The notes under the pieces were generated by a model. The model had not been told where the DNA came from and searched no databases. It was given only the letters and a program-made list of their open reading frames with translations. Below are positions 1 through 10,188 of a stretch of DNA of 64,000 nt, piece by piece (within the stretch, counting starts at the first letter, position 1; the number at the start of each line of letters is the position of its first letter). Source of the DNA: Paracoccaceae bacterium (GTDB taxonomy: Bacteria; Pseudomonadota; Alphaproteobacteria; Rhodobacterales; Rhodobacteraceae); assembly GCA_029246285.1 (NCBI GenBank), contig JAQWNW010000007.1, positions 61,327 to 125,326 of the forward strand, written 5' to 3'. The position numbers and the translations under genes are program-made.

Positions 1-660
1 TAAATTAAAGCGCCTCAATTCTTTCCAATATTTTCCACTTTCCACAAAATAATTCAACTCGCTTTCCATGCACAGTGCCATATCCACATTAACTTGATTT
101 AACTTCCGTCTGAAATTAAAGGCCTTATCAGCCAATAGCGAAACATCTACTTTTTTAAAGGTTAATCTGCTTAATCCTTTCTCCGAAATATTTACAACTG
201 AGCAATTTTCCTTGCTTGCAAAATACTCAAACCTGTTTGCTTTAGCTTCAATGGATCTAAGCGATGGATCGTCTCGCAAAGGATCGGCTGTCCCCTTACC
301 ATAAAAATGTGTTTTTTCCCCATCATAAATCATATCACAACCTAAAAAAGCGATAATATCAGGTTTTAAATAGCTTAACGCCCAGTAGGCTGCGGTGAAT
401 GCCATCGTTCCTCCAGCATACAAAAAACCTCCATAAAGGTTTTGTATTTCGACATATTCATCTGCAGTATGAAGAGTTTGAGATGCATTGCCTTTTGGTC
501 TTCTATCTATAGGAAAATCGGTTGGGAAAATACTATGGTCCCAGTTTGCATTTATTTTCCAAGAATTATTTATTGCAACGATTGAATCAAAAATATTATC
601 GTCAAAATTCGCTGCTCTAACGGCATCTGGAGCGCTCCCTAAAATAAGAACTTTTTTCAA
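1..660 (-). CDS. Partial (3' end outside window) hypothetical protein, Rossmann-like N-terminus; faint resemblance to CstII/DUF115-type glycosyltransferase-like proteins
   Basis: Not in the ORF track because its stop lies left of the window. My reverse-strand translation is open from nt 660 to nt 1: LKKVLILGSAPDAVRAANFDDNIFDSIVAINNSWKINANWDH...GCDMIYDGEKTHFYGKG... It has a TTG start at 658-660 preceded by AAGGAAA at about 7 nt, and an in-frame TAA at 682-684 closes the frame upstream. Confidence 0.6.
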   Translation of the reverse strand, partial: MKKVLILGSAPDAVRAANFDDNIFDSIVAINNSWKINANWDHSIFPTDFPIDRRPKGNASQTLHTADEYVEIQNLYGGFLYAGGTMAFTAAYWALSYLKPDIIAFLGCDMIYDGEKTHFYGKGTADPLRDDPSLRSIEAKANRFEYFASKENCSVVNISEKGLSRLTFKKVDVSLLADKAFNFRRKLNQVNVDMALCMESELNYFVESGKYWKELRRFNL

Positions 661-726
661 AAGATTTCCTTTGTAAACTAATTATTTTGTTACTACGTTT
701 TAAGATTTAGATCAGATCAAGGACGA

Positions 727-1149
727 TCAGTTCTTAAGCAAAGCATTAATTGTGTTCTTGAAGGAGCCTGGATTCTCAATTTTTTGTAAAAATCTAGCCT
801 CAAAATCCATTGCGATCTCTGTCATCTCATCTAATATTTCTCTTCCAGCTTTCGTCAACTTTAGATCTACTAATCTTTTGTCACTTAAATTCACTTTCTT
901 TGATAAAAGTTTACGTTTAGCAAGTTTTGAAACAGCTCTACTAACCTTTGATTTTTCCAGATCTACTTTCTGATAAATTTCACGAATACTTATGGTTTCA
1001 GTTTCTTGGCTCAAATGTGCAATAATTCTCCACTCGGCATTGCTTAAGCTAAAACGCAAAATATACTCTTTAGAAAAATCTCTACTGATCCCACTCGCTA
1101 ATATGCTCAGCTGATAAGGAAGAAAATTTGCTAATATAAATTGCTTCAA
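727..1149 (-). CDS. MarR-family transcriptional regulator
   Basis: 140 aa with a winged-helix core: LSNAEWRIIAHLSQETETISIREIYQKVDLEKSKVSRAVSKLAKRKLLSKKVNLSDKRLVDLKLTKAGREI. Confidence 0.9.
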   Translation of the reverse strand: MKQFILANFLPYQLSILASGISRDFSKEYILRFSLSNAEWRIIAHLSQETETISIREIYQKVDLEKSKVSRAVSKLAKRKLLSKKVNLSDKRLVDLKLTKAGREILDEMTEIAMDFEARFLQKIENPGSFKNTINALLKN

Positions 1150-1168
1150 TGCTTTTCTCTGAATAATT

Positions 1169-2299
1169 TCAATCTAACACTGGCAGTTCTTCTGCCGCGC
1201 GTTTAGTTAGGAGCTCAGGTTCACCATCTCTAATACAAATATTTTCCTCATGAACCATCATCAGACCATCACCATAAGATAAACTCGGTTCGATCGTTAT
1301 AACCATATTTTCTCGTAAAACAGTTTTATCATTCAACATTAGCGATGGATATTCAGTTAATTGAATACCTAAGCCATGTCCCATTCTTCCAATATCGGAA
1401 TCACCTTCACCTAGGGAGCTATTAATAAGGGAAAAAACTTGCGCACATGTCATACCAGGTCGAATTTTTTTTAAAGCTACTTCAGTAGCGTTATAGAGTT
1501 TTGAATAAGCTGTTTTTGCTAAATTACTAGCCTTTCCAATTGCCCAATTTCGATCAAAGTCACAAAAGTATCCTTTAAGAGATGATCCAGTATCCAACAT
1601 CAATATATCACCAGTTTTTAGCGGTTGGCTGCTCGGTGGAGAAATTACATCTGAATATCCGTCTTGACCAGCTCCTCCCACAAGATAAGGAACTTCCTCT
1701 GCCCCTGCCTCTAACAATGCTATCTTGAAATCTCTAAATGCCTGATTCAATGGCTGATCGGGATGAAACAACTGAGGTGCACGATCAAATGCACAACTTG
1801 CAATACTACAAATCTGCTTTATGACATTAATCTCTAGCTCTGACTTCACAAGCCGAACCTCTTTGACTAGATCACTACAATCTATAAAAGAACCATTAAT
1901 TTTAGAATTTAAGGTTTCAAAATCATTTAATGGCATTCGCAATGAAGCTTCTTCTCCCATCAAAAGTCCAATGTTATTTGAGCCCTTTAGCACTTTAACT
2001 AATAGCGATACGCCGTCATCCTCACGACGAGGAGATGGCCATGTAATTATTTCATCAACCCAAGTTCGTTCCATTAAATCCCTCCCAATTTCGGGAATTA
2101 TTGCAATTGGTTTCCCACTTTGAGGAATTATAACAAACCAAGGTCGAGTTGGGCTTTGCCAGAAAAGGCTCCTAAAACCAGTATAATATCTCACCTCTGC
2201 TTCGGTACAAAGAAGAATAGCATCTAAACCCCTCTCATACATAAGCTTCTGAGTTTTTTCTGTTCTTTGATAAAATTCAGCCTCTGAAAAATCAGTCAT
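1169..2299 (-). CDS. M24-family metallohydrolase (creatinase / Xaa-Pro peptidase / ectoine-hydrolase-like)
   Basis: Creatinase-like N-domain plus pita-bread C-domain (DTGSSLKGYFCDFDRNW, GHGLGIQLTEYP, ITIEPS). I chose the start at the internal Met (MTDFSEAEF), which gives an 8-nt overlap with the upstream gene; the track ORF starts 33 nt further upstream. Confidence 0.8.
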   Translation of the reverse strand: MTDFSEAEFYQRTEKTQKLMYERGLDAILLCTEAEVRYYTGFRSLFWQSPTRPWFVIIPQSGKPIAIIPEIGRDLMERTWVDEIITWPSPRREDDGVSLLVKVLKGSNNIGLLMGEEASLRMPLNDFETLNSKINGSFIDCSDLVKEVRLVKSELEINVIKQICSIASCAFDRAPQLFHPDQPLNQAFRDFKIALLEAGAEEVPYLVGGAGQDGYSDVISPPSSQPLKTGDILMLDTGSSLKGYFCDFDRNWAIGKASNLAKTAYSKLYNATEVALKKIRPGMTCAQVFSLINSSLGEGDSDIGRMGHGLGIQLTEYPSLMLNDKTVLRENMVITIEPSLSYGDGLMMVHEENICIRDGEPELLTKRAAEELPVLD

Positions 2300-3353
2300 C
2301 TGCTTTGCCTTCAGATAAAAACAATAAAACACGAGAATCTGAGTTCAATTCACACTCACTAGAAATCAAAGCACGATGCAGACCAGCAAAGCCTGCTCCA
2401 CCAGATGCCGATGTCGAAAGTCCATAATCATCAAGCACTTCGATTGAATCTAGAACCTCTTTATCTGTTAGTGTCATAAAAAAGTCAGCCTCCTTAGCAA
2501 GGCAACATAAGGCTAAGTGAGAGGGTTCCTTACAATCTAATCGCCCCATCACTGATACTTTTCCATCAGCATAAACGGGTTTTCGTGCTTTTATACTTTC
2601 CATAATTGCTGGGGCCTCCGAAGGTTCAACAATTACTATTCTAGGATCTGAACCCCAGTTTGATCTAGCAGAAGCTGTCACTGCCGCAGCTAAACCACCC
2701 ACACCTGCTTGCAAAAAAATGTGAGTTGGTGAGGTTGGAATTTCTTCAAATGCCTCTTGAGGCATCATTAAATAACCCTCCATGACATCATACCCTGCAG
2801 AATAGCCCTCCCATGTGCTATCTGACAGTAAACTCCAACTTTCTTGAGTAGCACGCTTTGAAGCAGCCTTCATGCTCGCTTCATAATCTGCCCCCTCAAT
2901 CACAACTTTAGCTCCTTTCGCACGCAACTTTTCAGCAAATTTTTTGGGCACTGTTTCAGAAAGATAAACCACTGCACTGGCTCCAAATATACGCGCACCC
3001 GCAGCAAGCGACAATCCATGGTTACCTGCACTGGCTGTTATAAAAGTTTTACCTTTTAAAGCTTTGTTAGGACTTTCATTGATCAAAGCACTTTTAGCAG
3101 CTTCCTTTGCAATCGCATATGTAGCACCTAAAGCCTTAAAGCTTCCTAAACCCATTCTTGGACGTTCGTCCTTGATATGTAAGGATTTTATACCCAGGAA
3201 TTTGGCTAATACTTTACAATCATGTAGCGGCGTTTTTACATAAACTGGACATTTTTCAATCAAGTTTCTAACGTTAGAGACTTCATCTGAGACCGGATTA
3301 GATTGGCCTAAGATCAATTCTTCATTGCGGAATTTATTTAATAAAATCTGCAT
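2292..3353 (-). CDS. Fold-type II PLP enzyme, diaminopropionate ammonia-lyase / threonine-dehydratase-like
   Basis: 353 aa with the PLP-lysine motif GSFKALGATYA, then ASAGNHG and a Gly-rich GVGGLAAAV loop. Confidence 0.7.
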   Translation of the reverse strand: MQILLNKFRNEELILGQSNPVSDEVSNVRNLIEKCPVYVKTPLHDCKVLAKFLGIKSLHIKDERPRMGLGSFKALGATYAIAKEAAKSALINESPNKALKGKTFITASAGNHGLSLAAGARIFGASAVVYLSETVPKKFAEKLRAKGAKVVIEGADYEASMKAASKRATQESWSLLSDSTWEGYSAGYDVMEGYLMMPQEAFEEIPTSPTHIFLQAGVGGLAAAVTASARSNWGSDPRIVIVEPSEAPAIMESIKARKPVYADGKVSVMGRLDCKEPSHLALCCLAKEADFFMTLTDKEVLDSIEVLDDYGLSTSASGGAGFAGLHRALISSECELNSDSRVLLFLSEGKADD

Positions 3354-3415
3354 TTAATACCTTTCAAAAAGCCTCTTAAGTTAACATGAAGAAAAAATAT
3401 TGAAAACCCAATACC

Positions 3416-3444
3416 TTGACTTCGTTGCATTTGCAACGATAATA
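3416..3444 (+). promoter_or_regulatory. Sigma70-like hmgA promoter with an embedded palindromic operator
   Basis: TTGACT (3416-3421), a 16-17 nt spacer, then GATAAT/ATAATA (3438-3444). The spacer is a perfect inverted repeat TCGTTGCA-TT-TGCAACGA (3422-3439). AGGAGG at 3452-3457 and ATG at 3465. Confidence 0.55.
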
Positions 3445-3464
3445 AGTTTTTAGGAGGATTTATT

Positions 3465-4769
3465 ATGAAATTCAAATCAACTTCTTACATGTCAGGTTTT
3501 GGGAACGACTTTGAAACAGAAGCATTAAAAGACGCATTACCAAAAGGACAAAATTCACCACAAAAATGTGCTTATGGACTGTATGCAGAACAATTATCTG
3601 GTACCCCTTTTACTGCACCAAGAGGGAAGAATGAGCGAAGTTGGTGTTATAGAATCCGTCCATCCGTTAAACACACAAATCGCTTTCAAAAAATTCAAAT
3701 GCCTTTTTGGAAATCTGCACCCCATGTTTTAGAAGATGTCATCAGCCTTGGGCAATATCGGTGGGATCCAGTGAAAATTGATGAAAAAACAAATTTTATT
3801 ACAGGTGTAAGAACAATGACGACAGCTGGAGATGTAAATACTCAAGTTGGTATGGCTGCCCATGTATACATTGCAAACAATGATATGATAGATGAATATT
3901 TTTATTCCGCAGACAGTGAAATTTTGGTTGTTCCTCAAGAAGGCAAAATTCGTTTCCTTACCGAAATGGGTGTTATTGATGTTGAACCCCAGGAGATTGT
4001 AATAATACCGAGAGGGCTCTTGTTTAAAGTTGAAATAGTAGAAGGGCCCGCTCGTGGTTTTATTTGTGAAAACTATGGCGCAAAATTTGACTTACCAAAC
4101 CGTGGTCCAATTGGTGCAAATTGTCTTGCAAATGCACGAGATTTTAAAACACCTGTTGCTTCTTATGAAGACAAGTCAAACCCTTCTGAGGTAATCGTTA
4201 AATGGTGTGGGCAGTTTCACAGAACAAAGATAGATCATTCTCCATTGGATATTGTAGCATGGCACGGAAACTATGCCCCATGTAAATATGATTTAAGAAA
4301 TTTTTCACCAGTTGGTGCACTGTTATTTGACCATCCGGATCCATCGATTTTTACGGTCTTAACAGCACCATCTGGTTTTGAAGGTACAGCTAATATTGAC
4401 TTTGTCCTATTTAGAGACCGATGGAGTGTGGCGGAGAATACATTTAGACCCCCGTGGTATCATAAGAATATAATGTCTGAGCTGATGGGAAATATTCACG
4501 GAATCTACGACGCTAAACCTGAAGGCTTTATGCCAGGTGGGATGAGTTTGCATAATATGATGCTACCTCATGGCCCAGATATGGAGGCATTTGAAAAGGC
4601 CACACACGCCAAATTAACTCCTCAAAAAATGGAACAAACGATGAGTTTTATGTTTGAAACGAGATTTCCGCAACACTTAACCTATTTCGCTGCCAAAGAT
4701 CCTTCGCTTCAAGATGATTACATAGACTGCTGGGCATCCCTGAAAAAGAACTTTTCAGATAAAATATAA
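3465..4769 (+). CDS. hmgA: Homogentisate 1,2-dioxygenase
   Basis: 434 aa. N-terminus [46 protein letters not shown] and typical length. Confidence 0.95.
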   Translation: MKFKSTSYMSGFGNDFETEALKDALPKGQNSPQKCAYGLYAEQLSGTPFTAPRGKNERSWCYRIRPSVKHTNRFQKIQMPFWKSAPHVLEDVISLGQYRWDPVKIDEKTNFITGVRTMTTAGDVNTQVGMAAHVYIANNDMIDEYFYSADSEILVVPQEGKIRFLTEMGVIDVEPQEIVIIPRGLLFKVEIVEGPARGFICENYGAKFDLPNRGPIGANCLANARDFKTPVASYEDKSNPSEVIVKWCGQFHRTKIDHSPLDIVAWHGNYAPCKYDLRNFSPVGALLFDHPDPSIFTVLTAPSGFEGTANIDFVLFRDRWSVAENTFRPPWYHKNIMSELMGNIHGIYDAKPEGFMPGGMSLHNMMLPHGPDMEAFEKATHAKLTPQKMEQTMSFMFETRFPQHLTYFAAKDPSLQDDYIDCWASLKKNFSDKI

Positions 4770-4824
4770 GATGATTAAATACCGTGAACTTAAATACTAT
4801 TTATTATTTTAAGGAAATTTTCTA

Positions 4825-6099
4825 ATGCCATTAATAAGATCTTGGGTGAAATCAGCCAATTCACCAAATACCAACTTTCCATTAAATAATTTACCATATG
4901 GGGTATATACAGTTAACAACCAAGATCCACATTGTTGCGTCGCAATTGGGGATATGGTTCTTGATGTAACATTACTCGAGAAAAATAAAATTATTTCCCC
5001 ATCCTCAAGAACTTGCGTTTTCCAGGATCCTTCTTGGAATAAATTCATGGAATTAGGATCTAGTAGTTGGTCAAAATTTAGGGCAGAGTTAACAGCTCTA
5101 TTAAAAGAGTATCCAGTAGAGTCTAAAGTTGATAAAGAGAAAGTACTTACACCCTTCCTATTCCCACAAGCCAAGTGCATCTTACACAAACCATTTAACG
5201 TATCAGAATTTACAGATTTTTTTGCAAGTTATCATCACGCAAAAAATGTTGGTACAATGTTTCGTGGCCCTGAAAACGCACTTCCTCCTAACTGGCTACA
5301 TATGCCAATTGGTTACAACGGAAGGGCTTCGACAGTTGTTGTTTCTGGCACTCAAATAACAAGACCTATGGGGCAATTAAAACCACCAACAGAAGATATT
5401 CCTTATTTCGGTCCCTCCAAAAGATTTGACTTTGAATTGGAATTAGGAGCGATCATTGGGACAAAATCAGAATCTGGAGAAAGATTATCAATCGAAGAAT
5501 CAGATGATATAATATTTGGATATGTTATTTTGAATGATTGGTCTGCGAGGGATATCCAAGCTTGGGAATATCAACCCTTAGGCCCTTTTCAAGCAAAAGC
5601 GACAGCGACAACAATTAGCCCTTGGATCGTGACAAAAGCAGCTTTAGAGCCATTTAGAACATCCACACCAAAACCTCAAAAACCACTTTTAAAATATTTA
5701 GAGGAAAATGGGCCAATGTTATATAATATAAACCTATCGGTATCGATCACAACAAAGCAAAGTAAAAAAGCACATGAAATAGTAAGAAGTAATTATTCAG
5801 AAATGTATTACTCTTCAGCGCAACAAATAGCGCATCATACGTCAAGTGGTTGTAAGATGAGTATCGGTGACTTAATTGGTTCAGGCACAATTTCAGGGCC
5901 AGAAAAACATCAATATGGTTCTATGTTAGAATTAAGCTGGGGTGGAAAAGAGCCCATTATTTTAAATGATACTGAGAGCAGAACATTTATTGAGGACGAA
6001 GATATCATCACAATGAGTGGCTTTGCCAAAGGGGATGGATATAAAATTGGATTTGGAGAGAATATTGGTAAAGTGATTTCTGCTAAGATAGAAAAATGA
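4825..6099 (+). CDS. fahA: Fumarylacetoacetase
   Basis: 424 aa. SWV..ANSPNTNFPLNNLPYGVY N-terminal domain and FAH C-domain (FGYVILNDWSARDIQAWEYQPLGPF). Immediately follows hmgA. Confidence 0.95.
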   Translation: MPLIRSWVKSANSPNTNFPLNNLPYGVYTVNNQDPHCCVAIGDMVLDVTLLEKNKIISPSSRTCVFQDPSWNKFMELGSSSWSKFRAELTALLKEYPVESKVDKEKVLTPFLFPQAKCILHKPFNVSEFTDFFASYHHAKNVGTMFRGPENALPPNWLHMPIGYNGRASTVVVSGTQITRPMGQLKPPTEDIPYFGPSKRFDFELELGAIIGTKSESGERLSIEESDDIIFGYVILNDWSARDIQAWEYQPLGPFQAKATATTISPWIVTKAALEPFRTSTPKPQKPLLKYLEENGPMLYNINLSVSITTKQSKKAHEIVRSNYSEMYYSSAQQIAHHTSSGCKMSIGDLIGSGTISGPEKHQYGSMLELSWGGKEPIILNDTESRTFIEDEDIITMSGFAKGDGYKIGFGENIGKVISAKIEK

Positions 6100-6141
6100 A
6101 TTGTTATACAAAATGCTTCACAAAAGCAAAGGACCGGATAA

Positions 6142-7683
6142 TTGAGTAATTTCACGGTAAATGATTGGATAGCTCAGCATAGTATGGCCATGCCAAACAA
6201 ATTGGCTGCTATCGATCTGGCAAGCGATAGAAAATATACTTACTCTGAATTTAATGAGCGCGTTGGAAGATTAGCTGGTCACCTTCAAAATCTTGGTATC
6301 TCTAAAAGTGATCGAGTAGCATATTTTACATTTAACTCGACAGATGTCATCGAGATTATTTTCGCTTGTTGGAGGATTGGTGCGATTGCTGTTGCATTAA
6401 ACTTCCGATTAACCGCAAGAGAACTCAAATTTATCATTGAAGATAGTGATCCTAAAGTAATCTTCGTAGACGCAGCCCTGGAGGTGGTATGGGAAGATGT
6501 TCAAAAACAAACATCAGCACCCAATACTATAATGTTAGATGGTGTCGGCGGAGATACAGACTACGAGAGAGGAATAGCTTCATCAATTCCAGTCACAGAT
6601 ATAGTTGAACAAACATTTGATGATCAATGCATGCTTATGTACTCTTCAGGAACAACGGGTCGACCTAAGGGTGTGATAATAACCCACGGAATGATGTTAT
6701 TTTCAGCTTCTGGTGGAATGAGTGCAGGTCGCACTACTCGAGACTGTGTTAGTCTGGTGGTAATGCCTTTGTTCCATATTGCAGCCGTCAACGTATCTTG
6801 TTGTCCAATGATTTACATGGGTGGTAGTGTAGTCGTTATGAGGATGTTTGATCCAGATACGGTTTTGACATCACTAGGCAACAAAAATTTAGGGATTACT
6901 CATATCTTCTTAGTGCCGGCGGCCTACAATGCACTCAAAGATAGTAAGCTTGCCGATACAACTGACTTTTCCAACATAATCAGTGCTTTTTCAGGTGCCG
7001 AAACAGTGCCTGTAGCTTTAGTAAAATGGTGGAACAAACGTGGAATATGTTTGCAAGAAGGTTGGGGTATGACCGAAACAAGCGGTACAGGTTGCTTACT
7101 TCTTCATGAAGATGTTGTTGAAATGGTAGGAAGCGCTGGAAGACCACTCATGGGAAACAAAATTAGAATAGTTGATAAAAATAATAGAGAAGTTAAACCA
7201 AATACTCTTGGAGAGATCCAAATGAAAGGGGCTGCAGTTACTCCTGGTTACTGGAATAGACCAGAGGCAACTAAGGAAAGTTTTATCAACGGATGGTTTA
7301 GGACTGGGGACATTGGTCGAAAAGACGCTAAGGGATATATATTCATCGAAGATCGGTTAAAGGACATGTATATTTCTGGTGGCGAGAATGTTTATCCAGC
7401 TGAAGTTGAGAATATAATCTACGAATTAAAAGAAATAAAAGAAGTTGCTGTTATTGGCGTTCCTGACGAAGCATGGGGTGAAGTAGGATGTGCAGTAGTA
7501 TGCTTAAATAAAAATCAAACGCTTACCTATAACCAATTAAAAAATCACTGCTCTAAAAATTTAGCTAAATTCAAAATTCCATTTTACTTGGTTGTGGTTG
7601 CTCTTTTACCAAGATCAGCCACTGGTAAGGTGTTAAAATTTGAATTGAGAGATACAATTCCTGCACAGTTAAATCATCAGTAA
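6142..7683 (+). CDS. AMP-dependent acyl-CoA synthetase/ligase
   Basis: 513 aa. MYSSGTTGRPKGV AMP-binding motif, GWGMTET, TGDIGRKDAKGYIFIEDRLKD. TTG start with AAGGA 8 nt upstream. Confidence 0.9.
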   Translation: MSNFTVNDWIAQHSMAMPNKLAAIDLASDRKYTYSEFNERVGRLAGHLQNLGISKSDRVAYFTFNSTDVIEIIFACWRIGAIAVALNFRLTARELKFIIEDSDPKVIFVDAALEVVWEDVQKQTSAPNTIMLDGVGGDTDYERGIASSIPVTDIVEQTFDDQCMLMYSSGTTGRPKGVIITHGMMLFSASGGMSAGRTTRDCVSLVVMPLFHIAAVNVSCCPMIYMGGSVVVMRMFDPDTVLTSLGNKNLGITHIFLVPAAYNALKDSKLADTTDFSNIISAFSGAETVPVALVKWWNKRGICLQEGWGMTETSGTGCLLLHEDVVEMVGSAGRPLMGNKIRIVDKNNREVKPNTLGEIQMKGAAVTPGYWNRPEATKESFINGWFRTGDIGRKDAKGYIFIEDRLKDMYISGGENVYPAEVENIIYELKEIKEVAVIGVPDEAWGEVGCAVVCLNKNQTLTYNQLKNHCSKNLAKFKIPFYLVVVALLPRSATGKVLKFELRDTIPAQLNHQ

Positions 7684-7690
7684 ACTAATC

Positions 7691-8425
7691 CTACCATTTT
7701 TCAGCGAATGGACGAAGATCCATTTCAAACGTCCAAGCATCAGGACTTTGTTTATACATGTTCCAATAAGCTTCAGCGACCGATGTTGGTTTCATTAGGG
7801 TATTAGGTGGCAATTCGTTTGGATCCTTGCCCGAAGACCTTATTCTTTCTCTCACAAATTCTGTGTCAACTCCTGCATCAATTATAAGATGACCCACATG
7901 TATATTTTTTGGCCCAAGCTCTCGTGCTAAACTTTGAGCAACTCCCCTTAATCCAGCTTTTCCTGCTGCAAAAGCAGCATAACCCTTTGCGCCTCTCAAA
8001 CTAGCAGTAGCACCAGTGAAGAAAATCTTTCCTCTCTTACGGGGTACCATATAACGTGCTGCTTCCCTGCCTGTTAAAAACCCAGAAAATGTTGCCATTT
8101 CCCATACTTTTCGAAACACTCTAGACGTGGTTTCCAAAATAGGGAAAAATACATTTCCACCAACATTAAATATTACGAGGTCAATACAGCCTATTTCACT
8201 TTCTATATTTTTAAAGACAGATTCTACGCTTTCTTCTTTTCTTGCATCCATAGCAAAACCATGCGCTATGCCACCCAAACTTCTTATTTCATCCATAATT
8301 GGATTTAACTTTTCATCATTTCTTCTACCCAAGCAAACTATAAAACCTCCTTGAGCAAAACGTTTTGCAATAGCAGAGCCAATATAATCACCTGCACCCA
8401 CTATTAGAACTATTTTCTGATCCAT
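7691..8425 (-). CDS. SDR-family oxidoreductase
   Basis: 244 aa with the Rossmann motif VLIVGAGDYIGSAIA and an SDR-like core. Confidence 0.8.
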   Translation of the reverse strand: MDQKIVLIVGAGDYIGSAIAKRFAQGGFIVCLGRRNDEKLNPIMDEIRSLGGIAHGFAMDARKEESVESVFKNIESEIGCIDLVIFNVGGNVFFPILETTSRVFRKVWEMATFSGFLTGREAARYMVPRKRGKIFFTGATASLRGAKGYAAFAAGKAGLRGVAQSLARELGPKNIHVGHLIIDAGVDTEFVRERIRSSGKDPNELPPNTLMKPTSVAEAYWNMYKQSPDAWTFEMDLRPFAEKW

Positions 8426-8461
8426 CTATTTATCCCAGAATTGAAGTATTAACTTGCTATA

Positions 8462-9121
8462 TTACAAATGCTCACAGCTATTATAAGTTCGTATAATTAT
8501 TTTACTACCATCAAGAATTACGCGACTTAATGAGCCATTCGATGCGCCTAAAAATGCTAAAGCTTTACTACCTGATGCGATAGCCATTATTGCTGAAATT
8601 ACACCACCATGCGTGACTGCCAAAATCTTTTCATTAGAATGGCTCAAATAAAGCCGATTCAAAGAAATTCTAACTCGATCAAAAAGCTGTTCGTTCGTCT
8701 CAGCTCCTGGTATTTTACCCCACTCCTGATGCTTTATAAATTCTTGGTATGATGTATCATTTGAAGCAGCTTTTATTCGAAAAAGCCCCCCTTCCCACTC
8801 CCCCAAATAAACTTCTCGAAGGCCAGATTCTATGTTAATTGGCAAATTCAAATGTTTTGCAAGTGGCTCTAGTGTTTGCTGTGTTCTTCTTAAATCTGTT
8901 GCGTAGATTTTTTGAAACTTATAATCTTTGAGTGCCTCTTTAACCGCTTCAGCTTGTAAATGACCATTCTTGTGTAAAATCGGATCACCATGTCCCTCAA
9001 ATAGTGGAAACAATTTCCCTGGGATGGCTGCAGAACTTTCTCCATGTCTAACCAAAGTTAAATCAACAGCGCCCTCTGGCGCCACATAACTTTGCTGTCT
9101 AAATTTTTTAATTTTTACCAA
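8462..9121 (-). CDS. Histidine phosphatase (phosphoglycerate-mutase-like) family protein
   Basis: 219 aa with the LVRHGES catalytic motif and a downstream THGGVI. Confidence 0.85.
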   Translation of the reverse strand: MVKIKKFRQQSYVAPEGAVDLTLVRHGESSAAIPGKLFPLFEGHGDPILHKNGHLQAEAVKEALKDYKFQKIYATDLRRTQQTLEPLAKHLNLPINIESGLREVYLGEWEGGLFRIKAASNDTSYQEFIKHQEWGKIPGAETNEQLFDRVRISLNRLYLSHSNEKILAVTHGGVISAIMAIASGSKALAFLGASNGSLSRVILDGSKIIIRTYNSCEHL

Positions 9122-9124
9122 TAT

Positions 9125-10147
9125 TTAACTTACTTTGACCAATTGCTTACCGAAATTCTTTCCATCAAGAAGATCTAGAAAGGCTTGAGGTGCATTTTCT
9201 ATACCATCAGTTATCGTTTCACGATACGTAATTTGATTTGATTGCACTAAAGGTGCCGTATCAGAAAAAAACTGATCAAATACATCGTTATGATCCCAAA
9301 CTATAAAACCACGAACCTGTAACCGCTTAGTAAGAATTGCGCGCCAAGCAGCTGGTAATCTTATAGCATCATTAACGCCAATACCTGAATACCAAGCAAT
9401 CATTCCACAAACCGAAACTCGACCAAACTCATTCATTAGAGGTAAAACAGCTTCTGTAGTTTTGCCTCCAACATTTTCAAAATAAACGTCTATCCCTTTC
9501 GGCACCGCATCTGAAAGCCATTTTCTTAATTCTGTGGCATCAGCAGCTAGCTTATGATCAAAACATTCGTCATATCCCAACTCAGACTTTGCAAAAGCGC
9601 ACTTCTCTGCTCCTCCTGCAACACCGACTACCCTCATGCCTTTAGCCTTAGCTAATTGTCCAGCTAAACTACCAACCGCACCTGTTGCTGCCGAAATGAC
9701 TACCGTTTCACCTGGTTGAGCTTTACCGATAACATTTAACCCAGTCCAGGCAGTATGACCTGGCATACCTAAAACACCTAACGCTGTAGAAATGGGGGCC
9801 AATTGTTGATTAACTTTGCGTAGCTCAATTCCATCAGAAATAGCATGGGTCACCCAGCCAATACGAGCAGCGACAATCTCACCATTCTCAAAATTTGGAT
9901 TTTTTGAATCTATTATTTCGGCTACACACTCTCCCTCCATGATACCCCCGACTGGGACTGGAGGTGCATAAGACTTATCAGCATTCATTCTACCACGCAT
10001 ATAAGGGTCGAGAGATAAATATTTAGTTTCAAGCAAAATCTCTCCATCTTTAATTTCATCTAATGAGCTTGTTACGAGCTCAAAGTTTTCTAACGTTGGA
10101 GGACCATTAGGCCTACTTACTAAATTCACACTTTTTCGTTCTATCAT
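9125..10147 (-). CDS. NADP-dependent medium-chain oxidoreductase (YncB / alkenal-enoate reductase-like)
   Basis: 340 aa. AATGAVGSLAGQLAK cofactor motif and N-terminal PxxENF..V pattern. Confidence 0.85.
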   Translation of the reverse strand: MIERKSVNLVSRPNGPPTLENFELVTSSLDEIKDGEILLETKYLSLDPYMRGRMNADKSYAPPVPVGGIMEGECVAEIIDSKNPNFENGEIVAARIGWVTHAISDGIELRKVNQQLAPISTALGVLGMPGHTAWTGLNVIGKAQPGETVVISAATGAVGSLAGQLAKAKGMRVVGVAGGAEKCAFAKSELGYDECFDHKLAADATELRKWLSDAVPKGIDVYFENVGGKTTEAVLPLMNEFGRVSVCGMIAWYSGIGVNDAIRLPAAWRAILTKRLQVRGFIVWDHNDVFDQFFSDTAPLVQSNQITYRETITDGIENAPQAFLDLLDGKNFGKQLVKVS

Positions 10148-10188
10148 TTTTTCCTCTCATTAAGATTTTAAATATATTATTTATAACG

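Noticed and set aside
488-676. 62-aa plus-strand ORF from the track
   Set aside because: It lies antisense to a much longer open minus-strand frame that has an RBS. Its composition is low-complexity and it has no RBS.
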